64,000 nt of DNA from Thermoproteota archaeon (GTDB lineage Archaea > Korarchaeota > JAOZGF01 > JAOZFZ01). The notes beneath the pieces are model-generated. The model was given only the letters and a program-made list of their open reading frames with translations. It did no database searches and had not been told where the DNA came from. A program made the position numbers and the translations under genes. Position 1 is the stretch's first letter; each line of letters opens with the position of its first letter. The stretch spans positions 448,001 to 512,000 of the forward strand of contig JAOZFT010000004.1 of the NCBI GenBank assembly GCA_027492035.1, read 5' to 3'. This document shows positions 29,264 to 39,189 of the stretch, piece by piece.

Positions 29264-29932
29264 TTAATCTACAAATTGAAGTTCTCCTCTGTGCTTAGAG
29301 AAATTGAGTAGGAAATTGTTAAATTTAAAAATGGGTACGATAGAAACTCCGGAATACTTCTTTAAAACTTGCTCGAATGAAGTAACAAACACAGGAAACA
29401 CATTCACAGGTTTCGGGTTATCTTTCTCAAGGTAATTTTTTAACTGTTCCACTTTAAAATGGAAATTTGAAACTCCTTTCTTAACTGAACTAAGCCTGCT
29501 TTTCCTCCACACGCTCCAATGTTTACATTCTATAGCAAGAAAAACGTTTCTTCTTTTTCCTAGTACATCTATTTCATATTTTCTGTGGTTCCATTTAAAA
29601 AGGAAATGTTTCCTTGTTTCAAATGAAAACTTCTCCAAACCTGCAGCTACAATTTCTTCAAATTCTTTCCAAGTGAGGGAAAAAACAACATCCTCCTTTC
29701 TCTCACTTAAAGAGAAAAGTAGAACAGCTAATTTACTTCTTGAAAGAAATAAACTTTTTCCTTTATCTCTTAAAAATTTACTTTTTACTATTGATAACTC
29801 AAGTAATTTCTCAATAGTTTCATTTCCTACAGCTTTTAGCAAATCATGGTTCAACGGTTGGTTAGGTATCGAGAACTTTAAAAGTTTAAAACAGCCATCT
29901 AGGAAACGTTGGCGATTGAAACTAATACTCAT
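29264..29932 (-). CDS. PD-(D/E)XK restriction-endonuclease-like (Mrr_cat-like) protein
   Basis: WKEFEEIV...YEIDVLG...AIECKHW. Confidence 0.75.
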   Translation of the reverse strand: MSISFNRQRFLDGCFKLLKFSIPNQPLNHDLLKAVGNETIEKLLELSIVKSKFLRDKGKSLFLSRSKLAVLLFSLSERKEDVVFSLTWKEFEEIVAAGLEKFSFETRKHFLFKWNHRKYEIDVLGKRRNVFLAIECKHWSVWRKSRLSSVKKGVSNFHFKVEQLKNYLEKDNPKPVNVFPVFVTSFEQVLKKYSGVSIVPIFKFNNFLLNFSKHRGELQFVD

Positions 29933-30032
29933 TTAACTTGAACCTCTTTTAAAAGAAAGAAACTTCCCCAAAAAAAGTTAATATTAAAGTGGGTGTATAG
30001 CAATAAAAAATTAGCTTTACATGGGAAGGTAG

Positions 30033-31040
30033 GTGGAGAATGTGGATCTTAGTTTTCTTCGGAGTCTTCAGTTTTCACGTATACTAGTAACTGGTGGAGC
30101 AGGTTTTATAGGCAGTCATTTAGTGGAGGAATTGGTTAGACAAGGGTTTCATGTAAGAGCCGTAGATAATTTATCCACGGGTAAAATTCGAAATTTAAAG
30201 AAGGTTTTGGGAAGCAGTAACTTTGAATTTTTAAAAGGAGACTTAACGGATTTAAGAGAAGCTGAACAGGCTTTAAAAAACATTGACATGGTTTTTCATT
30301 TAGCTGCTGAGCCCTCAGTTTTAGAAAGCTACCATGAACGCGCGAAACACTTCAAAAATAACTTTTTCTCAACATTTAATGTGTTAGAAGCTGCTAAACA
30401 AAATAGAACAGTTAAATGGATAATTTTCTCATCCTCTTCTACAGTATATGGGGAAGCAGGGGTTCTGCCTACTCCGGAAAATTACGGCCCTTTACTTCCA
30501 ATTTCTATTTATGGAGCCTCTAAATTGTCATGTGAAGCTTTGCTCTCAACCTATAGCCATTACTTCGGTTTTAAAGTCACAATTTTCAGGTTAGCTAATA
30601 TAATTGGGTCTAGATTGACACATGGAGTAATACTTGATTTCATAAATAAGTTAAGTATAGATAAGAAAAAATTGGAGATATTGGGGAATGGGAGACAAGA
30701 GAAGTCTTATTTATACATCAAAGATGCAATTGAAGGTTTTTTTTACGGCATAAGAAGTCAAGAAAGCAAAGAGACTAGTTTAGAAGTGTTTAATCTTGGT
30801 TCAAGTGACAGAATCACTGTAAATGAAATAGCTGAAATAGTAGTTAAGGAAATGGGACTAGAGAATGTGAGGTTCATTTATAGAGATGATGTGGGTGATG
30901 GGAGAGGGTGGCTCGGTGACGTGAGGAAAATGCATATTTCAATAATGAAGCTGCTGAAAACAGGTTGGAAGCCTAAACATACAAGTAGAGAAGCTGTTGA
31001 ACACACAGTAAGGGAAATTTTGGAAGAAATTCAGAAATAA
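30033..31040 (+). CDS. NAD-dependent nucleotide-sugar epimerase/dehydratase (GalE-like extended SDR)
   Basis: TGGAGFIGSH, SSSTVYG, YGASK. Confidence 0.92.
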   Translation: MENVDLSFLRSLQFSRILVTGGAGFIGSHLVEELVRQGFHVRAVDNLSTGKIRNLKKVLGSSNFEFLKGDLTDLREAEQALKNIDMVFHLAAEPSVLESYHERAKHFKNNFFSTFNVLEAAKQNRTVKWIIFSSSSTVYGEAGVLPTPENYGPLLPISIYGASKLSCEALLSTYSHYFGFKVTIFRLANIIGSRLTHGVILDFINKLSIDKKKLEILGNGRQEKSYLYIKDAIEGFFYGIRSQESKETSLEVFNLGSSDRITVNEIAEIVVKEMGLENVRFIYRDDVGDGRGWLGDVRKMHISIMKLLKTGWKPKHTSREAVEHTVREILEEIQK

Positions 31041-32963
31041 TTACTTTCTTCTATTTTTCTTCAGAACTTTGTTAACTTCCTGCTCAACCAGTCGGTAAAC
31101 TGTTTCACCAGGCACTTTTCCCCTAAATTCCTGCATTACTATACCCATTATTTTATTTATGCTTTTTTCTTTGAAGGAAAGAATTAAATCCTTCTTTTCA
31201 CTCACCGTTTTCTCCACCGCCTTTTTAACATCTTCTTCTGAAACTTTTTTCAAGTTAAGTTGTTTAACAGCTTCTTCAGTTGTTAATTTGGGTGTTTCAG
31301 CTATTTTTTGCAGGATTAAGGGGATAGCTTCTTTACTTATTTTCCCTTTCTTGAAAAGGGATAATGTTTCAATTATTTCCTTTTTTTTCAAGTTTTTAAT
31401 GGGGATTCCTTCTCTTTTCAGCGATTTCAAAGTGTTTAAAATCGTGAAAGCAACTGTTTTAGGTTCTGCACCTGAATACTCTACTGCTTCCCTAAACAAT
31501 TCATCCTTATCCTCGATAAGCAGTTGTTTTGCTGTTTCTTCTCTTATTGAGTACCTTCTAGACAATTCTTTAACTAGTTCATCGGGTGAGGAAGGTATCT
31601 TTCTCCTTATTTCATTAATGTATTCCTCCCTTAATTTAATTGGAGATATATCTGTCTCAGGGTACATTCTTGAGGGACCTGGTAGTGGTCTTAAGTATTC
31701 TGTAGTCCCATCTTCTAAAGGCTTTCTTGTTTCAGAGGGTACTCCTATAAGGGCTTGTTTAGCCCGGTCAACAACTGCCTCCAAGGCTTTTTTAGCTTTT
31801 TTTAAGTCATCCACCACTAACACTGCAGCATCTTTCTCTCGGCAATTTAATTGTTTTAATAATCCCTCTGTTTCCTCCACCGAGATACCATAACTTGGTA
31901 ACTCGTCACTGTGGAAAATTCCCCCAACTCCAGCTATCTTTTTTGCATAAGTGGAAAGTTCGTAACCGAATGTTTTTCCTTCTTGAATTTCTAAACTGAG
32001 TAAATTTCTGAATTTAGGAAGTTTCACCGCTAAAGCTACTCCCCCCCTTCTTATTTGGTTCCTTACTATTTTGGAGGCTGTGTTCTTAAAGATGTTTGTT
32101 ACCTCTATATAATTCATGGAAATTTCCTCCATGGTTAAGCCCCTCTTTCTTAATTCTTTCCGGATTTTGATAAGTCCTAGTTGCCTTCTTACTTCATTTT
32201 TCAGTATTTTAGGTATCAGTTCAAGCCTTTGAACTCCCTTTATTTCCTGTCTTGCCCCCTCCTTTATGCTCACGTTTATGTCTTGCCTTATACTCCCTAA
32301 TCCCCTTTGAACCTTATGTGTTGCTCTGAAAATTAATCCCACCTTTTGAGCCACTTCTTTGGCATGTTCAGGGGTTTTTATGTCTGCGGCTGTAGCTACC
32401 TCAACTAAAGGTATACCTAACCTATCTAACCTATATTCTGCTTTAGTGGGGGATGAGGAAATTATGAATGCAGATTCTTCCTCTAAAGTTAATGTTTCCA
32501 GTTTTACATTTCCCTGTTCTGTATTAATTTTAGACCTTTCTGTACCTAGAGCTATTAATGCTGTCCTTTGGAACCCTGTTGTATTGCTTCCGTCAATAAC
32601 TGTTTTTCTCATTACATGTATTTCATCTACAGGTTCCATTTGAAGCATCAAAGAAATCATTAAAGCTATTTCTAATGCTTCCTTGTTAAGCTCATACGGG
32701 GGGCATTCATCAGCTTCCACTTCACAATTAACATCTGAATAAACATGGTAAATGAATTCCCTGTTCCTTACCTTTTCGAATTCAGCGGCAGGGTCTATTT
32801 CCCCCAGTTCACTCTTGGTAAGTGTCAACTTTCTCAGGAGCTTTATTTCAGCTTCGCGTGTTTGTAACTTTGAAGGACAATTACAGAAAAGTTTAGAAGT
32901 GTTAAGTCTCTGATGCCACTCTAAGCCAACCTTTAAACCAATTTTTTCATAATCTATTTGCAT
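31041..32963 (-). CDS. gatE: Glu-tRNA(Gln) amidotransferase subunit E
   Basis: GLKVGLE.HQ.L...KLFC, MRK.VIDGSNTTGFQRT, LDRLGIPLVE, RMYPETD; AspRS-like insert. Confidence 0.96.
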   Translation of the reverse strand: MQIDYEKIGLKVGLEWHQRLNTSKLFCNCPSKLQTREAEIKLLRKLTLTKSELGEIDPAAEFEKVRNREFIYHVYSDVNCEVEADECPPYELNKEALEIALMISLMLQMEPVDEIHVMRKTVIDGSNTTGFQRTALIALGTERSKINTEQGNVKLETLTLEEESAFIISSSPTKAEYRLDRLGIPLVEVATAADIKTPEHAKEVAQKVGLIFRATHKVQRGLGSIRQDINVSIKEGARQEIKGVQRLELIPKILKNEVRRQLGLIKIRKELRKRGLTMEEISMNYIEVTNIFKNTASKIVRNQIRRGGVALAVKLPKFRNLLSLEIQEGKTFGYELSTYAKKIAGVGGIFHSDELPSYGISVEETEGLLKQLNCREKDAAVLVVDDLKKAKKALEAVVDRAKQALIGVPSETRKPLEDGTTEYLRPLPGPSRMYPETDISPIKLREEYINEIRRKIPSSPDELVKELSRRYSIREETAKQLLIEDKDELFREAVEYSGAEPKTVAFTILNTLKSLKREGIPIKNLKKKEIIETLSLFKKGKISKEAIPLILQKIAETPKLTTEEAVKQLNLKKVSEEDVKKAVEKTVSEKKDLILSFKEKSINKIMGIVMQEFRGKVPGETVYRLVEQEVNKVLKKNRRK

Positions 32964-32999
32964 CTCTCCATTTTCCCTCTATTTCGCCATTTTATGTAT

Positions 33000-34337
33000 T
33001 TATTTGTTGGTTGGAGGGAAATAGCTTAGGGATAAGTGGGAATTTATTTCTCCTGCAACATTCTTTAAAAGATAGCTCTTAACCTCCTCTATGTTTTGGA
33101 AGCGACCTAATCCAATCATTAACTTAACAAGGGCAACTTCTGGCAACATGTCTTCCCCAGGTATAACTCCCAACTTAAGCAGTTCTCTCCCCCTTCGGTA
33201 AACCCTTAAGTTCACTCTGCCATAAAGGCATTGGGAAGTTAGAACCACCACAGTTTTTTCATCTATTGCTCTCTTTATAGGTTGCAGTAGCTGTTTAGGT
33301 ACATGCCCTAAACCTGTTCCAGCTATGACTAATCCCCTATAGTTTTTGTCCAGGTAGAAATCTATTATTTCAGGGTTTATCCCTGGATGTGCCTGGATTA
33401 AACCCACTTTTGTTTCGACTCTAGTATCAGCTTGAGTTTCTTTTTGAGACGCTTGCCGGTAGTTTGTTAAGAAAACCAATTTTTCCTGGTTTACTAGCCC
33501 CAAAATAGATGAATTAACAGGTAAGAATGCATCTCTTCTTGAAGTATGCATCTTTCTTACTTTTGTACCTCTATGAATGACGCAGAAGTTATCTGAAGGG
33601 GTTTGATGCATCACCACCACTACTTCCCCTAACTTGTGGTAAGAAGCAACTCTTACGGATGAGAGGAAGTTTAAGTATGCATCTGTCGATCCTCTATCTG
33701 AGGACCTCTGCGCACCTGTTAAAACCACAGGGCCGCTTAATGTTTCCAGCATGAAACTTAAAGCGGCTGCAGTGTAATGAAGGGTGTCTGTCCCATGTGT
33801 CACTACCACCCCTTTAACTCCGGAATTTAATTCTTGAGATACCGTTTCAGCTATTTTAACCCATAAATGGGGGTCCATATCTTCACTCAGTATGTTAAAT
33901 AGAAGTTTAGTTCTTATTTTAGCTATTCCCTTAACTTCAGGATACTTAAGGAGTAAATCTTTAGCAGTGAATTGGGGATAAACTGCTCCAGTGCTGTAAT
34001 CAACTCTTGAGGCTATTGTGCCTCCTGTACCGATCACAGTCACTTCTGCATTTTCTATGTATTCCTCTCGATATTTTTTGATTTTTTCAACGGTTCTTTT
34101 AATTCCTTGCTTCTTCAAAACCTTGATTTTCTTAATTTTTTGAAGTCTAACACCTAAATTGTAGCCATTACTCAGTTTAATCACAACGTGATTATCATCT
34201 TCAAGCTCAGGTCGAGGAATCAGTATCCCTTCAAGGGTTTGTGTAGAAGTAATTATTTCAATTAAATCAAAATCTTCAATGTTGTTTTGCTTCAGTAATT
34301 TCCTAGCTCTTCCATGATAGTGAAGAGTCATTCCCAA
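33000..34337 (-). CDS. gatD: Glu-tRNA(Gln) amidotransferase subunit D
   Basis: KLSNGYNLG, GTGGTIASRVDY.TG, HGTDT, GAQRSSDR, RKMHTSRRDAF. Confidence 0.96.
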   Translation of the reverse strand: MGMTLHYHGRARKLLKQNNIEDFDLIEIITSTQTLEGILIPRPELEDDNHVVIKLSNGYNLGVRLQKIKKIKVLKKQGIKRTVEKIKKYREEYIENAEVTVIGTGGTIASRVDYSTGAVYPQFTAKDLLLKYPEVKGIAKIRTKLLFNILSEDMDPHLWVKIAETVSQELNSGVKGVVVTHGTDTLHYTAAALSFMLETLSGPVVLTGAQRSSDRGSTDAYLNFLSSVRVASYHKLGEVVVVMHQTPSDNFCVIHRGTKVRKMHTSRRDAFLPVNSSILGLVNQEKLVFLTNYRQASQKETQADTRVETKVGLIQAHPGINPEIIDFYLDKNYRGLVIAGTGLGHVPKQLLQPIKRAIDEKTVVVLTSQCLYGRVNLRVYRRGRELLKLGVIPGEDMLPEVALVKLMIGLGRFQNIEEVKSYLLKNVAGEINSHLSLSYFPPTNK

Positions 34338-34516
34338 AACCTTTTTTGAAGGGCAATACTTAACTAAAAAATAATAATCTTTTCTTTTTTTTAAGCTTGA
34401 AACAGCTTTTTTAAAGCAAAATTAACGTTAAAATTTAATTTTCCCTCCCTGTCTATGTAAGGAACGTGGAGAAGAATTTTTAAACTTATGTTTTTATATT
34501 TTGTTCATGATTAAAA

Positions 34517-35419
34517 ATGTACAAGCCAATTTTCGTGTTCCTTTGCTTAAATGGAAACCTGTGTGCGGAAGTAACATATAATACATTGAAAGAATTCTCA
34601 AAAAATTACTCTCTTGGAGATTATTACTCAGTTATGGATTTAGATTTCACAAGTCAACTACTTACCAAAAAAATATACCCTAAGTTAACGATAAAGAATT
34701 TGGTGAACCCTGAGAAATATCCCTCATTAATTAATTACTTAATGGGTAGTTGCGAAGTTGAAGATATTGTTTACTTTTTAAAAGACAGGTTTATAGAGTC
34801 AACTTATTCAAACATTCTCTATGTGTTTCCGGGTTTTCTAAATTTAGACTCATTTCAATTAATCAAGAATAGGAAAGATCTTTCAAAGAAATTAGAGAAA
34901 TTAGTTGGTTTCCTTTCTTTAGAAAGTGAAGTTATTTTTGTCAATCAGCCTATCTTCCTTTCAGAACTTATTTTAAATACTCCACTGCACAATTTTGTTT
35001 ATCTAATACCTGTAATTGATGGAACGGTTGAGTTAAAGATTTTAGAAATGGAAATGGAAGAAAATGAAACTTTTAAACAGGAACACTTCACGTTACTAGG
35101 TTTAGTTTCTTTTTCATCTAATAAAGATGAAGAAAAAAATATGGGGCATACATTGTCTCCCCCTGCCGCCGAATTAGAGAAGACAGGGCTTTTCCCAGTA
35201 ATCAACCATAAAAACCCATATTCATCACTTCTTGCGAGAGAAGTGAAAAATTGTATTGAGAAACCGTTCAAGGAAAAATTGAAGGTTATGGATTTTCTGT
35301 ATAAACTAAAAATTTTAGAAATGGAAAACATTCCTCCCCATAAACCTGCTAAATTAGAGAAGTTTGAAAGTGACTTAATTAAAGAAATAAATACTTTAGA
35401 AGAGATGCTTTCTCGATGA
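34517..35419 (+). CDS. Hypothetical protein, probable degenerate MinD/ParA-fold (no Walker A)
   Basis: VMDLDF, SLINYLMG...EDIV, LYVFPG and VIFVNQP occur in MinD-like order, but KGGxGKT is absent. Confidence 0.5.
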   Translation: MYKPIFVFLCLNGNLCAEVTYNTLKEFSKNYSLGDYYSVMDLDFTSQLLTKKIYPKLTIKNLVNPEKYPSLINYLMGSCEVEDIVYFLKDRFIESTYSNILYVFPGFLNLDSFQLIKNRKDLSKKLEKLVGFLSLESEVIFVNQPIFLSELILNTPLHNFVYLIPVIDGTVELKILEMEMEENETFKQEHFTLLGLVSFSSNKDEEKNMGHTLSPPAAELEKTGLFPVINHKNPYSSLLAREVKNCIEKPFKEKLKVMDFLYKLKILEMENIPPHKPAKLEKFESDLIKEINTLEEMLSR

Positions 35420-35862
35420 ATAGGAAAAGATTTAATGAATTGTTCATTTATCAAGCCTTAGCTAATTCAGTAAGGCTAGAAATAGTTAAAGAATTGAGAA
35501 AAGGTGCCAAAACCAAGAAAAACTTAGTAAACAGTTTAGCTAAACATAATCTGAACTACTCGAAATTGACTCATCACCTAAGCAAACTAAAGAAAGCAGG
35601 TATAGTAGGTGAAACCTCCTTTATAAGGAACGGTAAAGAAGAGAATTTTGTTTATCTCAAAAAAGATATAAAATTGACTCTGCAACCCTTAGAAGAGCCC
35701 CTAATTAATTTACCTCTACTCAAGACAATAAACGAAATGTTGTTAGTGGTTAAGAAAATAAGGGAACAACTTGAAAAAGGTACTTTACCCAAAGAGGTAG
35801 GCAGAGTTAACTTAAATAAAATCAAGAAAATGTATATTCGTTTAAGAGAAGGCTTATGTTAA
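35416..35862 (+). CDS. ArsR/SmtB-like winged-helix transcriptional regulator
   Basis: YQALANSVRLEIV.EL...LTHHLSKLKKAGIV; ATGA overlap with the upstream gene. Confidence 0.8.
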   Translation: MNRKRFNELFIYQALANSVRLEIVKELRKGAKTKKNLVNSLAKHNLNYSKLTHHLSKLKKAGIVGETSFIRNGKEENFVYLKKDIKLTLQPLEEPLINLPLLKTINEMLLVVKKIREQLEKGTLPKEVGRVNLNKIKKMYIRLREGLC

Positions 35863-35895
35863 ATTCTCGTTAAAACTATAAAAAAGGGCTGAAGC

Positions 35896-37077
35896 TTAAA
35901 AGGCAATTGTAAAAATGTATGGGATTGCAATAAACAACTTAAAAATTGACTTCCTCATCAGGAAATAAGGAGAAAAAGACTTCTTAAATAAGTGAAACAA
36001 AAGTTTCTCTTGTGAATCAATATCCCATAAATTAATGATTTCACTTTCTGATTCCTTGATCCTCTGAAAAAAGCGTTCCAGCTCATTGGGTAAATAGTTC
36101 TCGAAAACTGTCCTTCCAATTAGTCCAATTCTTATTTTGTTCAACAAAAATTTCCTCCATTCTTTCTCATAAAGTGTTAATCTCTTGTTTTCTTCTAAAA
36201 ACATAACTATATTTTTTGCAGCAATTTTTGCAGCACTTACCCCAAAAAAAATCCCCCCAAAACTTAATGGCTTATTTTGACCAGCAGCGTCACCTACTAA
36301 CAACGTTCTACCTTTTACTGTTTTTCTCCTAGGTTTTGTTGGTAAAAACCATGTAGAGAAACGTCTTGTCGTTAATTTCTTGTTTAAAGCCTCCTTTCTC
36401 AATAAATTCCTAACTGAACCAAAATTTATGTTTAAAGGGAAAACAATACCCACTTTAACTTCCTTGGGGGAAGGGATAATCCAATAAAAAGTGTTTATTG
36501 AACCCAGCCTTAAAAAATGGACTTCGACGGAATCAAGGTCAGAAACGGGCCCTGCAATTAATTGCAAACCGAAACGAACAGGTAAAGGGGGAAAACCAAA
36601 AATTTTAGCTACTTTCGATAACGCACCATCAGCCCCGACTATAACTCTCCCTCTAAACCTTCTTCTGAGACCTGAGTAGGTTTTACAAATTATCTCTGGA
36701 GGCTGAAGTTTCGAGTAAGCTACACACCTAGTTGATTTATATGGAGAGACACCTGTTTCCACTGCTGAAGCACATATTCCTTTGTCAAATACCGACCTGT
36801 CAACCACGTACCCTGTGAATTTAGGAATTTCAATTTCTTCCCCTTTAAATGAAAAAATTTTGAAGGAAGAAACCTTTTCAATAATTGAATGGGAAGGTTT
36901 AATAGGTAAAGAATCCCAGGCCCTTTTTCCAAGCAATCCCGCACAATGGACAGGGATCCCTATCTCCCTATGTTCCTCAATCAAAGCTACATTGTATCCT
37001 TTCTTAGAAAGCAAATAAGATAATGTGGAACCTACTGGTCCCCCTCCTACAATCACTATATCAAAAGAATCCGGCAA
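35896..37077 (-). CDS. Geranylgeranyl reductase family FAD oxidoreductase
   Basis: VGGGPVG, PVHCAG, DRSVFD, GADG, FYWIIP, LVGDAAG...GGI. Confidence 0.85.
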   Translation of the reverse strand: MPDSFDIVIVGGGPVGSTLSYLLSKKGYNVALIEEHREIGIPVHCAGLLGKRAWDSLPIKPSHSIIEKVSSFKIFSFKGEEIEIPKFTGYVVDRSVFDKGICASAVETGVSPYKSTRCVAYSKLQPPEIICKTYSGLRRRFRGRVIVGADGALSKVAKIFGFPPLPVRFGLQLIAGPVSDLDSVEVHFLRLGSINTFYWIIPSPKEVKVGIVFPLNINFGSVRNLLRKEALNKKLTTRRFSTWFLPTKPRRKTVKGRTLLVGDAAGQNKPLSFGGIFFGVSAAKIAAKNIVMFLEENKRLTLYEKEWRKFLLNKIRIGLIGRTVFENYLPNELERFFQRIKESESEIINLWDIDSQEKLLFHLFKKSFSPYFLMRKSIFKLFIAIPYIFTIAF

Positions 37078-37098
37078 GTTCCATCACAGGTAATAATG

Positions 37099-37740
37099 TT
37101 AATCCCAAGGTGAGGAAATAAAAATTACCTTAAACGGTGAAAACGCCTTATTCTTTCTTAAATAGCCCTCTTTCTCTAGTTCCTTAATTTTTTTAGACAC
37201 GGTTCCTGGACTTACATTTAGTTTAAAAGCTATTTCAGCGACAGTCATTGGTTTTTCTTTCACTAAATCAAGAATTTTGAACTTTACATCCTTTACCTCT
37301 TGAGTTAGAAAGTGATGGATAAAGTTATTTTTTTCAACAAGTTTTTTTGTTAACAACTGAACATCTCTACTTTTCAACAAATCTTTAGTATCAATTGATA
37401 CTTTGATAGGCTTAATTTCATTCCTTAATTCAGATGCTTCTTTTAGAGATTTAATTTCCTCTTTTAACTTTTTATTTGATAATTCATAATCTTCAATTGT
37501 TAGACTTATTATTTCGGTTAATTTTTCACTTATTTCATCCAAGATTTCGTCAATAAAGGCGAATAGCACCTTCTTTAGAATTTCCCATTCATTCTTCGAT
37601 AACCCTATCCTTCTCCTCAAAATTTTTAATTTGTCGCTGAAACTTTCTTTCTCTTCAGATCTAAGTTTCAAAAGTAAATTATCTAACCTTGCAAAGGCTT
37701 TCCCGGACTCTGTTAATTTAGACACTTTCTTAATCCCCAC
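37099..37740 (-). CDS. Helical/coiled-coil protein with C-terminal winged-helix domain
   Basis: C-terminal KILDLVKEKPMTVAEIA.KLNVS.GTVSKKIKELEKEGYL; heptad-rich N-terminal part. Confidence 0.7.
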   Translation of the reverse strand: MGIKKVSKLTESGKAFARLDNLLLKLRSEEKESFSDKLKILRRRIGLSKNEWEILKKVLFAFIDEILDEISEKLTEIISLTIEDYELSNKKLKEEIKSLKEASELRNEIKPIKVSIDTKDLLKSRDVQLLTKKLVEKNNFIHHFLTQEVKDVKFKILDLVKEKPMTVAEIAFKLNVSPGTVSKKIKELEKEGYLRKNKAFSPFKVIFISSPWD

Positions 37741-38329
37741 TCTTTTTAATCTTCACTAACTCATTACATTCTTCACAAAAAAAGTTCTTTTCAAATTTGT
37801 TTTCACTCACCAATTTTTTTAAAGGATGCCCCAGACGGCAAACATAACCCACTAACCTGGCAGGGTTACCTATGACTAAACCGTTAGCAGGAATGTTTTT
37901 AGTCACTACTGAACCTGCTCCCACCATGCTGTAACTACCTATCTCCACGCCACAAACCAAAACTGAACCTGCACCTATGGAAGCTCCCTTCTTAATTCTT
38001 GTCGGAATAATTCTCCACTCTTTATTAAATGCCCTGGGGTACTTGTCGTTGGTTGAAACAACATGTGGACCTATGAACACATCATCATCAACAATTACTC
38101 CTCTATAAAGAGAAACAAAATTTTGGATCTTAACGTTATTCCCTATTTTCACGTCACAATCTATGTACACTCCCTTACCTATGTTACAGTTCTTACCGAT
38201 TTCAGCTCCTTCCCTTACATGGGCAAAGTGCCAAATCCTTGTTCCCTCCCCTATTTTAACATTCTCCTCTACCACTGCGGTAGGATGTACATAAATTCTG
38301 GACTTATTAAACTTAGACGTAGTCCCCAC
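37730..38329 (-). CDS. Hexapeptide-repeat N-acetyltransferase (WbpD/WlbB-like)
   Basis: VHPTAVV, IGEGTRIWHF, KIQN.VS.Y.GV, TNDKYPRA, GNPAR; C-terminal Zn-ribbon-like CRLGH...CEEC. Confidence 0.85.
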   Translation of the reverse strand: MGTTSKFNKSRIYVHPTAVVEENVKIGEGTRIWHFAHVREGAEIGKNCNIGKGVYIDCDVKIGNNVKIQNFVSLYRGVIVDDDVFIGPHVVSTNDKYPRAFNKEWRIIPTRIKKGASIGAGSVLVCGVEIGSYSMVGAGSVVTKNIPANGLVIGNPARLVGYVCRLGHPLKKLVSENKFEKNFFCEECNELVKIKKSGD

Positions 38330-38990
38330 CTACTAAAACACTTAAATCTTCCAGTAACTTACGTTTTAAAACCAATGCAATAACTAAACCTGCTAAAAAG
38401 CCTCCTATGTGTGCCCAATAAGCTACTCCCGATTGTTCACCTAAAAGAATCAAAATAAACTGGTAGAAAAACCAGAACAGAATAAATGTTTTTGCACTTA
38501 CTCTGGTGAAAGTGTAACCCCACCCTAAGTAAACTAGTGAAACTATTCTTGCGCGGGGATAAAGGACAAGATAAGCACCTAAAACACCACTTATAGCTCC
38601 ACTTGCTCCAATAGTAGGTATTTTTGATGAAACATTAAGTATAAAATGAGTTAAAGCAGCTAGCACTCCACAAAACAGATAAAAAACTAGAAAAGGAATT
38701 CTTCTAAAAGCCGCTTCCACGTTGTCGCCGAAAATGTAAAGGTAAACCATGTTCCCCATTATGTGAAAAAAGCCTCCATGAAGAAACATACTAGTTACTA
38801 AAGAATACAAATGCTCAAAAGGAGCTTCTGAAAATAAATAAGGGACAAAGCCAAACAGGTAAACAAAATATAAATTTTTTGGAGGCTGCAAAAGCAACTG
38901 ATAAATAAACACAACCACATTAATAACTATCAAAGAAAGAGTAACAACTGGTTTAATACCTGTTCTGTTCTCATCATATATAGGGATCAC
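38313..38990 (-). CDS. Rhomboid family intramembrane serine protease
   Basis: SMFLHGG..HI.GNM, GASGAISG (catalytic Ser), AHIGG (catalytic His). Confidence 0.94.
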   Translation of the reverse strand: MIPIYDENRTGIKPVVTLSLIVINVVVFIYQLLLQPPKNLYFVYLFGFVPYLFSEAPFEHLYSLVTSMFLHGGFFHIMGNMVYLYIFGDNVEAAFRRIPFLVFYLFCGVLAALTHFILNVSSKIPTIGASGAISGVLGAYLVLYPRARIVSLVYLGWGYTFTRVSAKTFILFWFFYQFILILLGEQSGVAYWAHIGGFLAGLVIALVLKRKLLEDLSVLVGGDYV

Positions 38991-39189
38991 TCCCCTTTCC
39001 CTCTAACTTACCTCCCAAACAAGTTCTCTAAGGAGTTTCTTTGCTAAATTCTTTCACCTTTCTTGGTTGCGATACTTTTAAAAGATTATTCTTCCTTAAA
39101 AATAATTAGTTATTTCATGTTTAAAGGTTTTCAATATATCTTTAACTGAGAAAGGTTAGACCCCTTATAAATGCTAAAGTGCATAAGCT

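Noticed and set aside
35039-35327. 16-bp direct repeat ATTTTAGAAATGGAAA (LKILEME twice) in the MinD-like ORF
   Set aside because: Short, AT-rich, only two copies; no sign of an array or target-site duplication.
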